Origin: a virus | Reading direction: 5' to 3' (one strand) | Length of the DNA: 64,000 bases | IMG/VR virus record: IMGVR_UViG_3300042321_002027 | Shown here: in pieces, positions 38,145-47,477 of the stretch | Numbering within the stretch: the first letter of the stretch is position 1 | How the letters are laid out: every line of letters starts with the position of its first letter | Made by a program: the position numbers and the translations under genes | Notes under the pieces: generated by a model | Told to the model about the DNA's origin: nothing | The model's database searches: none | Seen by the model: the letters and a program-made list of their open reading frames with translations, nothing else

Positions 38145-39172
38145 TGAAAAAACTAAGAGATATTTTAGAACAATCCGCCGCTGATGAAGGACGAAATCAA
38201 GTTCAGCGAAAAAGATTAGAAATTCAGAAGCGAATTGAAACTGGTTTTGACAAGGTAAATAAAGACCTAAATCAAATGAAATTTCCGCCGATGCCCGCTG
38301 CCGATGGAACAAGTAGAATTACACCAAATGATAATGTAGATTTTACTGGTTCAAGATATGATCTTGGTAACGGACAAACTGTTGATCCTTCAAAAGTTAC
38401 CAATAAAATAAATCCTCAGCGTGAAATTAAACTTCGCAAAGATTATCGTTCACCTCCTGCTGGATATCCAGACTCAATTAAAGATCGTCTTGCTGCGGCA
38501 GAAGCTGGTAATGAACCACCAATGCCAGGTTCTGGTCCTTACAAAACAAAGCAGTCTGATCCATTAAAAACTCCTCCAATAATTGTTACACCTGATAAAC
38601 CTTTAGTGACTAGCAAACCCAATAGTGCTTTGACCGCTGCTGGTTATGATCAATCGGGTAAAAAGATTACCACTATACCAAAACCAAAGTTGAAACCTGA
38701 AAGACCCTCTGATGTAATTCCTAGTGGTCCTGGAATCACAACTCCTGGTTCTATGATTTACATTGAACCAAAGCGACAAAAACTTCAAGATCGTGTACCA
38801 CAGCAGAAAATACAAGATCGTGTTCCACAACAAAAACTTCAAGATCGTGTACCACCATCTGCTGTTAATCCAAAACCAACTTCAGCTGGTCCTTATGCTC
38901 CAGCGCAATCTGATGATCCATTTCATCAGCGTTATGCGAAAACTGCTTCTTATCTTGGACAAGTCCCTCGTGATAGAAAACCATCAGAAAAGAAAGAGCC
39001 TATTCAGAACCTATATCAAATTAATAAGGGCGACACTCTTGAGAAAATTGCTAGAAAAATTGGTGGTGAAAACTGGCAACAAACTCTTAAAGGTATAAGA
39101 GAGAAAAATCCAAAGATTAAAGAAAGAGCTTTGAAGATTGGTGGAGAATTGATTTTACCAGAAAGTAAATAA
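38144..39172 (+). CDS. Pro/Lys-rich protein with C-terminal LysM domain
   Basis: YQINKGDTLEKIARK...KN..I....LKIGGELILP. Confidence 0.75.
   Translation: MKKLRDILEQSAADEGRNQVQRKRLEIQKRIETGFDKVNKDLNQMKFPPMPAADGTSRITPNDNVDFTGSRYDLGNGQTVDPSKVTNKINPQREIKLRKDYRSPPAGYPDSIKDRLAAAEAGNEPPMPGSGPYKTKQSDPLKTPPIIVTPDKPLVTSKPNSALTAAGYDQSGKKITTIPKPKLKPERPSDVIPSGPGITTPGSMIYIEPKRQKLQDRVPQQKIQDRVPQQKLQDRVPPSAVNPKPTSAGPYAPAQSDDPFHQRYAKTASYLGQVPRDRKPSEKKEPIQNLYQINKGDTLEKIARKIGGENWQQTLKGIREKNPKIKERALKIGGELILPESK
38777..38857 (+). repeat. 27-nt coding tandem repeat x3 (QKLQDRVPQ)
   Basis: Visible in DNA and protein. Confidence 0.9.
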
Positions 39173-39183
39173 GGGATAAAAAT

Positions 39184-39681
39184 ATGTTAGCATTACTATC
39201 ACCACTATTTGGTATTTTGGGCAGTTTGCTACCCTCTATTGTGAGAATATTTGAACGTAAGCAGGAGATTAAGTATGAACTTGAACTTACAAAGATCAAA
39301 ATTGATGCAGCCGAACGCCAAGCCGATCTCAATTTCAATGTTGAGGTGGTTAAGGCTGACGCTCAGTCACGACAATCTGCTCTTGATCATGATAAGTCTC
39401 TTGATGGTGGAAAGTTTATTAACGCACTACGCGCTTCTATCCGCCCTGTTATAACTTACTCGTTCTTTTTCGTTTTCGTAGCGATAAAAATCGCAGCTGC
39501 ATGCGTAATGCTTTCAACTGGTCAGTCTGTGCCTGCAATGCTTGATGCTGTATGGGATGCAGAAACTATGACGCTTTTCTCTACAATTATCGCTTTTTGG
39601 TTTGGCAGTCGTATGATGGAAAAACAAGAGCGCATGGCTCCGTCCCAAGTTACTATTACAGCCACAACAAAGAAAAAGTAA
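39184..39681 (+). CDS. holin-like membrane protein (3TM GTA-holin-like)
   Basis: Hydrophobic N-terminus, coiled coil, RASIRPVITY, TM segments, FWFGSR. Confidence 0.6.
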   Translation: MLALLSPLFGILGSLLPSIVRIFERKQEIKYELELTKIKIDAAERQADLNFNVEVVKADAQSRQSALDHDKSLDGGKFINALRASIRPVITYSFFFVFVAIKIAAACVMLSTGQSVPAMLDAVWDAETMTLFSTIIAFWFGSRMMEKQERMAPSQVTITATTKKK

Positions 39682-39692
39682 TTTACTTTTCA

Positions 39693-39700
39693 AATAAATA
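39693..39700 (+). promoter_or_regulatory. late promoter variant AATAAATA
   Basis: Intergenic, upstream of gp13; the same variant precedes gp18 and gp19. Confidence 0.6.
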
Positions 39701-39721
39701 GTAATTAAAACGGAGAGTTAA

Positions 39722-40462
39722 ATGGCATCGCCAACGACCAGAACTGAATTTAAAGAAAATTGTTTGCGTAGACTTGGCAAACCAGTAATAGAAATCAACG
39801 TCGATGACGATCAGGTGGATGATAGGGTCGATGAAGCTTTACGCTATTATTGGGACTATCATTTCGATGGCTCGTCAAAAACGTTCTACAAATATCAAAT
39901 TACACAACAAGACAAAGATAACCAATACATCACTATCCCTGAAAACATCATTGGGGTTATTAATATCTTTGATCTCGGGTCAGCTCTTGGTACTAACAAC
40001 CTATTTAATATTCGTTATCAAATCGCCCTTAATGACCTTTATACACTCACATCTGTGTCCATGGTTCCATACTATATGGCTATACAACATATTCAGTTCC
40101 TTGAATATTTGTTAGTTGGTAAACAACCGTTAAGATATAATAGAAATACCAATCGTTTAAATATAGACATGGATTGGGATAGACTTAACATTGGTGAATA
40201 TTTGATTGTAGAAGCTTACGAAGTCGTTAATCCTGATACGTATACTGATGCTTGGTCTGATCGTTGGTTGTTGAGATATGCTGCATGCTTAATCAAGCAA
40301 CAGTGGGGTCAAAACTTAAAGAAATTCGAAGGCATGAGAATGCCTGGAGGATTGACTTTCAACGGACAAAAAATATATGACGAAGCTACTGCTGAAAGAG
40401 AAAAACTAGAGCAAGAAATGATCTACACTTACAGCTTGCCTGTTACAGACATGATCGGCTAA
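39722..40462 (+). CDS. gp13: neck protein gp13
   Basis: CLRRLGKPVIEINVDDDQ, KQQWGQNL.KF.G..MPGG motifs. Confidence 0.92.
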   Translation: MASPTTRTEFKENCLRRLGKPVIEINVDDDQVDDRVDEALRYYWDYHFDGSSKTFYKYQITQQDKDNQYITIPENIIGVINIFDLGSALGTNNLFNIRYQIALNDLYTLTSVSMVPYYMAIQHIQFLEYLLVGKQPLRYNRNTNRLNIDMDWDRLNIGEYLIVEAYEVVNPDTYTDAWSDRWLLRYAACLIKQQWGQNLKKFEGMRMPGGLTFNGQKIYDEATAEREKLEQEMIYTYSLPVTDMIG

Positions 40463-40466
40463 TACA

Positions 40467-41189
40467 ATGGCAACTAATTTTTTCTTCAATAACTTTCAAT
40501 CTTCTCAAGAACAGCTTTTACTTGAAAATTTGATTATTGAATCCATAAAAATTTATGGAGAGGACATGTATTACATTCCTCGAAAACTTAACAACTACGA
40601 TGCTGTTTATGGAGCTGATGATCAATCAAGTTATGAAAATGCTTACCCTATAGAAATTTATATTAAAAACGTCGACGGTTTTCAGGGCGATGGAAACTTT
40701 ATGTCTAAGTTCGGTTTAGAAATTAGAGACAGAGTTGTATTTTCTATGGCACAAAGAATATTCAATGAAGAAATTGGGACGTTTACTAATCAGGTTCGCC
40801 CTAACGAAGGAGACTTAATTTATTTCCCATTGAATAAGAAATGTTTTCAAATTAAATATGTAAACAAGTTCGAGATGTTTTATCAACTTGGCTCTTTACA
40901 AACTTGGGAAGTTACTTGTGAATTGTTCGAGTATGCTGGTGAAATTTTGAGTACTGGTATTCCAGAAATTGATATTCTGCAAAAGAAATTTGACACCAAT
41001 CAATACCATTGGGCTGTATTAGACGAAACTGGTGCTATGATATTGGATGAAGAAGGCAACATTATTGTCCTTGAAGGATCTAGTATAAATGATCTTATTC
41101 CTTCTGCAGACAACGATGAGATACAAAGAGAGTCTGATTTGTTTGTTGACTTTACTGCTTATGATCCGTTTAGCGAAAGAACAATATAA
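40467..41189 (+). CDS. gp14: neck protein gp14
   Basis: ESIKIYG.DMYYIPR, SKFGLEIRD, RPNEGDLIYFP motifs. Confidence 0.92.
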   Translation: MATNFFFNNFQSSQEQLLLENLIIESIKIYGEDMYYIPRKLNNYDAVYGADDQSSYENAYPIEIYIKNVDGFQGDGNFMSKFGLEIRDRVVFSMAQRIFNEEIGTFTNQVRPNEGDLIYFPLNKKCFQIKYVNKFEMFYQLGSLQTWEVTCELFEYAGEILSTGIPEIDILQKKFDTNQYHWAVLDETGAMILDEEGNIIVLEGSSINDLIPSADNDEIQRESDLFVDFTAYDPFSERTI

Positions 41190-42052
41190 TGTTCAGTACA
41201 CCGTTTTATTTTAGTTTACTACGTAAGTATGTAATTCTTACCGGGACTCTTTTTAATAATATACGTATAACCCGCACTAATTCTAGCGGCAATCAAACGT
41301 CATTGTTGAAAATTCCTATTACATATGCCCCAAAAGATAAAATGCTGTCTCGTGTTATTCAAGATACAGCTATTGATCGTCAAACAGCTACAATTCCTCT
41401 TCCTGCTATTTCTTTTGAAATGGGAAAAATGGTATATGATGGAACAAGAAAACTTAATACGATTGGAAAATCCTCAGTAAAAGACGCTACATCTGCCAGC
41501 AAATTTAAATATCAATACAATCCAGTTCCATACAATATAGAATTTAAAGTTTACATCTATGCAAAAAATGCAGAAGATGGAACTAAAATAATTGAGCAAA
41601 TACTTCCCTATTTTACTCCGGACTGGACTACTACAGTTAATTTGATACCTGAAGTAGAAGTTACTATGGACATACCGATCATATTAAACAATATCAGTTA
41701 TAGTGACAACTATGATGGTGATTTTAAAGAAAGAAGAGCCATTATATGGACTTTAGATTTAGAATTAAAAGGATATTTGTATGGACCTGTTAAAAAGTCT
41801 AACATTATTAAGTTTGTCAACACTAATTTTTACATACCTAATGTTGATGATGGTAAATTACAAACTGCAGTTGGCAACACAACGATCATAGAAAAAGTTA
41901 CGGTGCAACCGGGATTAACTGCTAATGGTGATCCTATAAATTACTTTGGTCAACCAAACACCAGTTTAGGCACGGTAGCATATACTGACATTGAGATTAG
42001 CGATGATTTTGGATATATAACCCAAGTTTACAACACAGATGAGATAGAATGA
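41189..42052 (+). CDS. gp15: tail terminator/sheath stabiliser gp15
   Basis: GTLFNNI, PITYAPKDK, QYNPVPYN, IIEQILPYFTP motifs. Confidence 0.92.
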   Translation: MFSTPFYFSLLRKYVILTGTLFNNIRITRTNSSGNQTSLLKIPITYAPKDKMLSRVIQDTAIDRQTATIPLPAISFEMGKMVYDGTRKLNTIGKSSVKDATSASKFKYQYNPVPYNIEFKVYIYAKNAEDGTKIIEQILPYFTPDWTTTVNLIPEVEVTMDIPIILNNISYSDNYDGDFKERRAIIWTLDLELKGYLYGPVKKSNIIKFVNTNFYIPNVDDGKLQTAVGNTTIIEKVTVQPGLTANGDPINYFGQPNTSLGTVAYTDIEISDDFGYITQVYNTDEIE

Positions 42053-42477
42053 ACGAAGAAAATAATGATGATCCGATTGGTAAAGCTCTTGGATTAACAC
42101 CTGTTGAAAAAGAAGTTGATGTGGTTTCGAAAATGATTGCTGATGCGCATAATGATAGCGCAAAACAAGATTTCGAGGTGGCTAGAGCAAATATCCATAA
42201 TATGATCGAAAACGGTCAAGAAGCTATGATAAAATTAGCTCAGATCGCAGATAGTTCTCAACACCCAAGAGCGTTTGAAGTTCTTGCTAAACTTATGGAC
42301 ACAATGTTAGTAGCTAATGAAAAGCTATTAGATCTACAAACTAAAATCAGAGATATAAGCACTTCTGATAGCCCAATTAACGAAAAAGCTAAAACAATTA
42401 ATAATAACCTGTTTGTTGGTTCAACAGCTGAGCTTCAAAAAGTTTTAAAGGACATGAAGAAGAATGGCGACGCTTGA
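42049..42477 (+). CDS. gp16: terminase small subunit gp16
   Basis: HPRAFEV, NNNLFVGSTAELQK motifs. Confidence 0.9.
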   Translation: MNEENNDDPIGKALGLTPVEKEVDVVSKMIADAHNDSAKQDFEVARANIHNMIENGQEAMIKLAQIADSSQHPRAFEVLAKLMDTMLVANEKLLDLQTKIRDISTSDSPINEKAKTINNNLFVGSTAELQKVLKDMKKNGDA

Positions 42478-44113
42478 AAACGACAAGGGGTACAAAGGTA
42501 ATGTACTTCTAAAAAGAGCTAACGAAGACATTGATTGGTCGCCAGAGCTTATCCAAGAATGGGTTAAGTGTTCTGAAGATCCGATTTATTTTGTTGAAAA
42601 CTATATGAAGATCATTTCCTTAAATGAGGGTTTGGTAACTTTTAATCCATATCCTTATCAGAGAAATATGATAAGCTCTTTCGTTGATAATCGTTATACT
42701 ATCGTTACGACTGCTCGTCAGGCAGGTAAGTCTACAACTACTTGTGGTTTTATTCTTTGGTACATAATTTTCCATGCAGACAAAACTGTTGCTTTGTTGG
42801 CTAACAAGGGCGAAACTGCAAGAGAAATTCTCGGTCGTGTTCAGCTTGCTTATCAGCACCTACCTAAGTGGCTACAGCAGGGTGTGAAAGAATGGAACAA
42901 AGGTTCGTTCGTTCTAGAAAACAACAGTCGTGTTATCGCTTCCGCTACTTCTGCTAGCGCTATTCGTGGTTACACTATCAACCTTTTGTTTATCGACGAA
43001 GCTGCACACATTGAAAACTGGGATGAGTTCTTCACCTCGGTTTATCCTACTATTTCGTCAGGTACCGAATCTAAAATTATTCTTGTTTCAACCCCTAATG
43101 GTTTGAACCACTTCCATAGTACTTGGGCTAATGCTATCCAAGGTAAAAATGGATATAATCCTATACTTGTGAATTGGCGCGATGTTCCGGGAAGAGACGA
43201 TAAGTGGAAAGAACAAACCCTTTCTGGTATGAACTTTGATATTGAGAAGTTCAATCAGGAAATGGAATGCGAGTTCCTTGGTTCTTCTGGCACGCTTATC
43301 GCTGGCTGGAAACTTAAAGAGCTTGTAGAGCAAATTCCGATAACTAAAAAAGACGGTATGTATCAATACATTAAGCCCGAGAAAGGTCGTGCTTATTTAA
43401 TTATAGCTGACGTTTCAAGAGGTAAAGGATTAGACTATTCGGCGTTTCAAGTAATCGATGTTACTAAAATGCCATATAATCAAGTGTGTGCTTTCAGAAA
43501 TAATGGAGTTACACCAATAGATTATGCAGATATTATACACAGAACAGCGGTTGCTTATAACAACGCTGCTGTTTTGGTAGAAATTAATGACATCGGCGAG
43601 CAAGTTTCACATTCGTTGCATTATGATTTTGGATATGAAAATATTCTATTTACGGAAAATTCTGGTCGTGCAGGCAAGAAGGTTACTGCTGGGTTTAGCG
43701 GTCGTACAGCTGACAAGGGTATCAGAACCACAAAACTCGTTAAGTCCGTGGGCTGTTCTATGCTCAAACTATTAATCGAACAGAACCAGTTTGTTGTTAA
43801 TGATTATCACACCATTCACGAATTATCAACCTTCTCAAAAAAAGGTAACTCGTACGAAGCAGAGTCTGGAAAACACGACGACTTAGTAATGTGTCTTGTT
43901 TTGTTCGCTTGGCTTTCAGAGCAGCAATATTTTAAAGACTATACTAACATAAACACTTTGATGTCTCTCCGAGAAAAAACTGAAGAAGATATGGATCAAG
44001 ATTTATCACCTTTTGGATTCGTTTTCGACGGCAGAGAAGATTTTGGAGACCAAGAAGAGTTTGAAAAGTTAGTTCCGGAAAGTTGGATGTGGCAGACGAA
44101 TCAAGACTTCTAA
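42464..44113 (+). CDS. gp17: terminase large subunit gp17
   Basis: Walker A RQAGKST, Walker B LFIDEAAH, STPNG, DVSRGKGLDYS, HDDLVM; no intein. Confidence 0.96.
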   Translation: MATLENDKGYKGNVLLKRANEDIDWSPELIQEWVKCSEDPIYFVENYMKIISLNEGLVTFNPYPYQRNMISSFVDNRYTIVTTARQAGKSTTTCGFILWYIIFHADKTVALLANKGETAREILGRVQLAYQHLPKWLQQGVKEWNKGSFVLENNSRVIASATSASAIRGYTINLLFIDEAAHIENWDEFFTSVYPTISSGTESKIILVSTPNGLNHFHSTWANAIQGKNGYNPILVNWRDVPGRDDKWKEQTLSGMNFDIEKFNQEMECEFLGSSGTLIAGWKLKELVEQIPITKKDGMYQYIKPEKGRAYLIIADVSRGKGLDYSAFQVIDVTKMPYNQVCAFRNNGVTPIDYADIIHRTAVAYNNAAVLVEINDIGEQVSHSLHYDFGYENILFTENSGRAGKKVTAGFSGRTADKGIRTTKLVKSVGCSMLKLLIEQNQFVVNDYHTIHELSTFSKKGNSYEAESGKHDDLVMCLVLFAWLSEQQYFKDYTNINTLMSLREKTEEDMDQDLSPFGFVFDGREDFGDQEEFEKLVPESWMWQTNQDF

Positions 44114-44125
44114 AAAACTAATTTT

Positions 44126-44133
44126 AATAAATA
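44126..44133 (+). promoter_or_regulatory. late promoter variant AATAAATA
   Basis: Intergenic, upstream of gp18. Confidence 0.65.
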
Positions 44134-44173
44134 ATTGAAATATGTTCTACATTCTCGCAAAAAGGAGAAAAAA

Positions 44174-46768
44174 ATGCCATTTCAACTAAGTCCAGGTGTT
44201 AATATCAGCGAAATTGATTTAACCACAGTTGTTCCTACAGTAGCTACTACTGACGGCGCTATTGCTGGTGTGTTTCGTTGGGGTCCGATAGGCCAGAGAA
44301 TTCTGGTTGATTCTGAAAACAATTTAGCAGTTCGTTTCGGAAAGCCAACAAACTTCAACGCAGAAACATTCTTTACCGCTGCAAACTTCTTAGCATACGG
44401 TAATCGCCTTTATGTTTCACGTGCAGCTAAAACTACAGGTTCTACTCCAAGTTTAGAAATAAATTTGGCAGCTAATACTGGTTCATCAAATAACATTTTT
44501 ACAGTTGCAAACACTGCTGAACTAGCAGTTGGTATGTACGTTACACAGTCTAGTAACACATCAGCTGTTCCAAACGGTTCTGAGAATCTTAAAATTACAG
44601 AAATTATAAACGCTACAGCTGTAAGAATATCTACTAATGTGTTTTCTCAAGGCACTGGAGCTAGTGGTAACTCTAACGTAGTATTTGCTCGTTCTGATAC
44701 AGCTTATACAGCTGTTGCAACTGAAACCAATGCCGTTGTCGCAAATATTGCTTCGCAAATTGTAAAGAATGAAAACGAGTACAGTTCACTAGATGGTACA
44801 TTTGATCCGGATATTTTATATATTGCTAAGTATCCTGGTTCTATCGGAAACTCTCTAAAAGTTTCGGTTTGTAGTTCCGCAAATCAATTCAATTCTAACA
44901 TCACATTGACAGACAGTCAATTAGTATTGAATGTAGGTTCAACCGTTGCGACATTAACTACTAATGCTTCAAGTAACACTCTTGCTAACACTGTGATACC
45001 TTCACTTTCAGTAGGTGATTTTATTATTGCTGGAAACAGCTTGAACAACCAGCAGTATTTAACTGTTAAAACTATTTCTACTGTTGTAAGTAATACATCT
45101 TTAAACCTTACGTTTGGAAATACTGGTACTAACGGAAGCGTTAATGCGTTTAATGGATTTATTTCCATTAACAATATTTCAAATGGAAATTTGATCTTTA
45201 ATTATGGCGACACAGTAGTTTATGCAAATGCTGCAGGAAATACTGTTACTGGTGGATTGGGTAGTGGAAGCCGCTACATTATCTTCGAAGCAAACAGTAC
45301 AGGCGTCAAAATTGCTGCCGACTACGCAAAGTTCTTAACTGGTACTTCAGCAGTTACTGCTAATGCTAGCGGAGCAGGAAATAGCCACACATTTACTCTA
45401 GACCAAAAAAAATTGAGTATAACTTTTGAAGAGCCTTACAGACTAAGCAGTGATATTGCTTCAAACACTATCCAACGTTATTGGGGATTCTTCAATGTTG
45501 TTGACACTCCTCCTGGTCAGTCCGACTATGTTCGCTTAAACGGTAACACTTCAGCTAGCGACGAACTTCACGTTGTTGTTTCCGATGAAGATGGATTGTT
45601 CACAGGTACTCCAGGAACTATCTTAGAAATTTATAACGGTGTATCTCGCGCTACAGATGCTACAAATAATGACGGTTCAACAAATTACTACAAAACAGTA
45701 ATAAATGAAAACTCAAATTACATATGGTTTGCAAAAGATAGATCATCTGGTCCTTCAAATACTGCTTTGAATTTAGTAAATGAAAGTAATAATGCTCCGC
45801 TATATATGAATATGACATTGGGTTCAGATGGATTAAGTGAAGAAAATGCAACACTTCCAATTCTTGGAAGCGCATTAGACCTCTTTATTTCTCCAGAAGA
45901 CATTGACATTTCTCTAGTATTGCAGGGTCGTCCAATTGGCGGAACAACTGTTGTTGGTGGTGAAACAATCAACAACTTCCTACTTGCAAATTACATTATC
46001 GATAATATCTGCGAAGTTCGTAAGGATTGTATCGCTCTTATCTCGCCAGATAAGTCAAAGGTTCTTAACAACGTTGGTAACGAAGCATTGAGCTTGAAGA
46101 ACTGGAGAGGCGCTATCCGTAACACCTCTTATGCGGTTCTTGATTCTGGATATAAGTACCAATACGATCGTTACAACGACATTTATCGTTGGATTCCTTT
46201 GAATGGTGATATTGCTGGTCTATGTGTACGCACTGATAGCACTAACGACGCATGGTGGTCTCCAGCTGGTTTCAACCGTGGTAATATTAAGAATGTTGTA
46301 AAGCTTTCTTGGAATCCTCGTAAAGCTGAACGTGATGTTCTTTATAGCAACGGAATCAACCCAGTTGTAACATTCCCAGGTCAGGGAACTGTGTTGTTTG
46401 GTGACAAGACATTACAAGCCAAGCCTTCTGCCTTTGACAGAATAAACGTTCGTAGATTGTTCATTGTTCTAGAAAAAGCTATCTCTACTGCCGCTAAGTT
46501 CTCTCTATTCGAGTTCAACGATGCGTTCACTAGAGCACAGTTCAAGAACCTTGTAACTCCTTACCTACGTAACATTCAGGGTCGTCGCGGTATTACTGAT
46601 TTCTTGGTAGTTTGCGATGACACTAATAATACTCCAGCGATTATTGATTCGAACCAGTTTGTTGGTGATATCTACATTAAGCCAGCAAGAAGCATCAACT
46701 TTATCCAGTTGAACTTCGTCGCTGTTGGAACTGGCGTTCAATTCTCCGAAGTTGTCGGCAAGTTCTAA
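44174..46768 (+). CDS. gp18: tail sheath protein gp18 with inserted domains
   Basis: LSPGV...EIDLT, WWSPAGFNRG, FDRINVRRLF, FEFNDAFTR; start moved to the ATG at 44174 after the AAGGAG SD. Confidence 0.95.
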   Translation: MPFQLSPGVNISEIDLTTVVPTVATTDGAIAGVFRWGPIGQRILVDSENNLAVRFGKPTNFNAETFFTAANFLAYGNRLYVSRAAKTTGSTPSLEINLAANTGSSNNIFTVANTAELAVGMYVTQSSNTSAVPNGSENLKITEIINATAVRISTNVFSQGTGASGNSNVVFARSDTAYTAVATETNAVVANIASQIVKNENEYSSLDGTFDPDILYIAKYPGSIGNSLKVSVCSSANQFNSNITLTDSQLVLNVGSTVATLTTNASSNTLANTVIPSLSVGDFIIAGNSLNNQQYLTVKTISTVVSNTSLNLTFGNTGTNGSVNAFNGFISINNISNGNLIFNYGDTVVYANAAGNTVTGGLGSGSRYIIFEANSTGVKIAADYAKFLTGTSAVTANASGAGNSHTFTLDQKKLSITFEEPYRLSSDIASNTIQRYWGFFNVVDTPPGQSDYVRLNGNTSASDELHVVVSDEDGLFTGTPGTILEIYNGVSRATDATNNDGSTNYYKTVINENSNYIWFAKDRSSGPSNTALNLVNESNNAPLYMNMTLGSDGLSEENATLPILGSALDLFISPEDIDISLVLQGRPIGGTTVVGGETINNFLLANYIIDNICEVRKDCIALISPDKSKVLNNVGNEALSLKNWRGAIRNTSYAVLDSGYKYQYDRYNDIYRWIPLNGDIAGLCVRTDSTNDAWWSPAGFNRGNIKNVVKLSWNPRKAERDVLYSNGINPVVTFPGQGTVLFGDKTLQAKPSAFDRINVRRLFIVLEKAISTAAKFSLFEFNDAFTRAQFKNLVTPYLRNIQGRRGITDFLVVCDDTNNTPAIIDSNQFVGDIYIKPARSINFIQLNFVAVGTGVQFSEVVGKF

Positions 46769-46774
46769 TAAATA
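46767..46774 (+). promoter_or_regulatory. late promoter variant AATAAATA
   Basis: At the gp18 stop, upstream of gp19. Confidence 0.6.
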
Positions 46775-46802
46775 GATGAAAGCTCAAAAGGAGTAAAAAT
46801 AG

Positions 46803-47417
46803 ATGCCATTTAATATTAGCGCATTCAAGTCAAACGGTCTGGTATACGGTGGTGCCAGACCATCTCTATTCAATGTGTTCATGTCTGTCCCACCTGGAAT
46901 CGGTATTGATAATGTGTCAAAGGATAAGTTCCGTTTTGTTTGTAGAACAGCGGAAATTCCTGAATCTTCAGTTTCTGTAATCGAAGTTCCTTATTTTGGA
47001 CGTAAAATCAAGGTAGCTGGCGAAAGAGCGTTTGCTGATTGGTCTGTTTCGGTGTTAAACGATGAAGACTTCTCAGTGCGTTCGATGTTCGAAACTTGGT
47101 CAAATGCTATCAATCGTTTAGTTTCTAACGTTCGTGACCCAGCAATTGCGACTGAAAACTACAAGGTTGACCTTGATATCATTCAGTATGGTAAGGATGG
47201 TTCAACAATCAGATCTTATCAGCTTATCGGTGCTTTCCCAACAGGAATTGGTGCTATTGGTCTCAACTGGGACTCTGCTAATGCTATCGAAGAGTTCAGC
47301 GTAAACTTTGCTTACGATTATTGGATTCCGCTCGTAGAAACTTCTGATAAGAAAGCTGGTGGCGTTAACACTTATGGTGATGCTGCCCAGCAAGATGGTC
47401 CTAACGGTCCAACGTAA
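46803..47417 (+). CDS. gp19: tail tube protein gp19
   Basis: GGARPSLF.V, VPYFGRKIKVAGER.F.DW, IEEFSV.FAYDYW motifs. Confidence 0.94.
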   Translation: MPFNISAFKSNGLVYGGARPSLFNVFMSVPPGIGIDNVSKDKFRFVCRTAEIPESSVSVIEVPYFGRKIKVAGERAFADWSVSVLNDEDFSVRSMFETWSNAINRLVSNVRDPAIATENYKVDLDIIQYGKDGSTIRSYQLIGAFPTGIGAIGLNWDSANAIEEFSVNFAYDYWIPLVETSDKKAGGVNTYGDAAQQDGPNGPT

Positions 47418-47440
47418 TCTATTCAATTGAATAATGATAA

Positions 47441-47467
47441 GGGGGGAACTCAATTTCCCCCCAATTT
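47441..47467 (+). terminator. hairpin between gp19 and gp20 (weak terminator/attenuator)
   Basis: GGGGGGAA-ctcaat-TTCCCCCC followed by AATTT. Confidence 0.6.
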
Positions 47468-47477
47468 GGAGAAATAA

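Noticed and set aside
44135-44173. Upstream gp18 start given in the ORF track
   Set aside because: The ATG at 44174 has an AAGGAG SD and gives the conserved MPFQLSPGV start.
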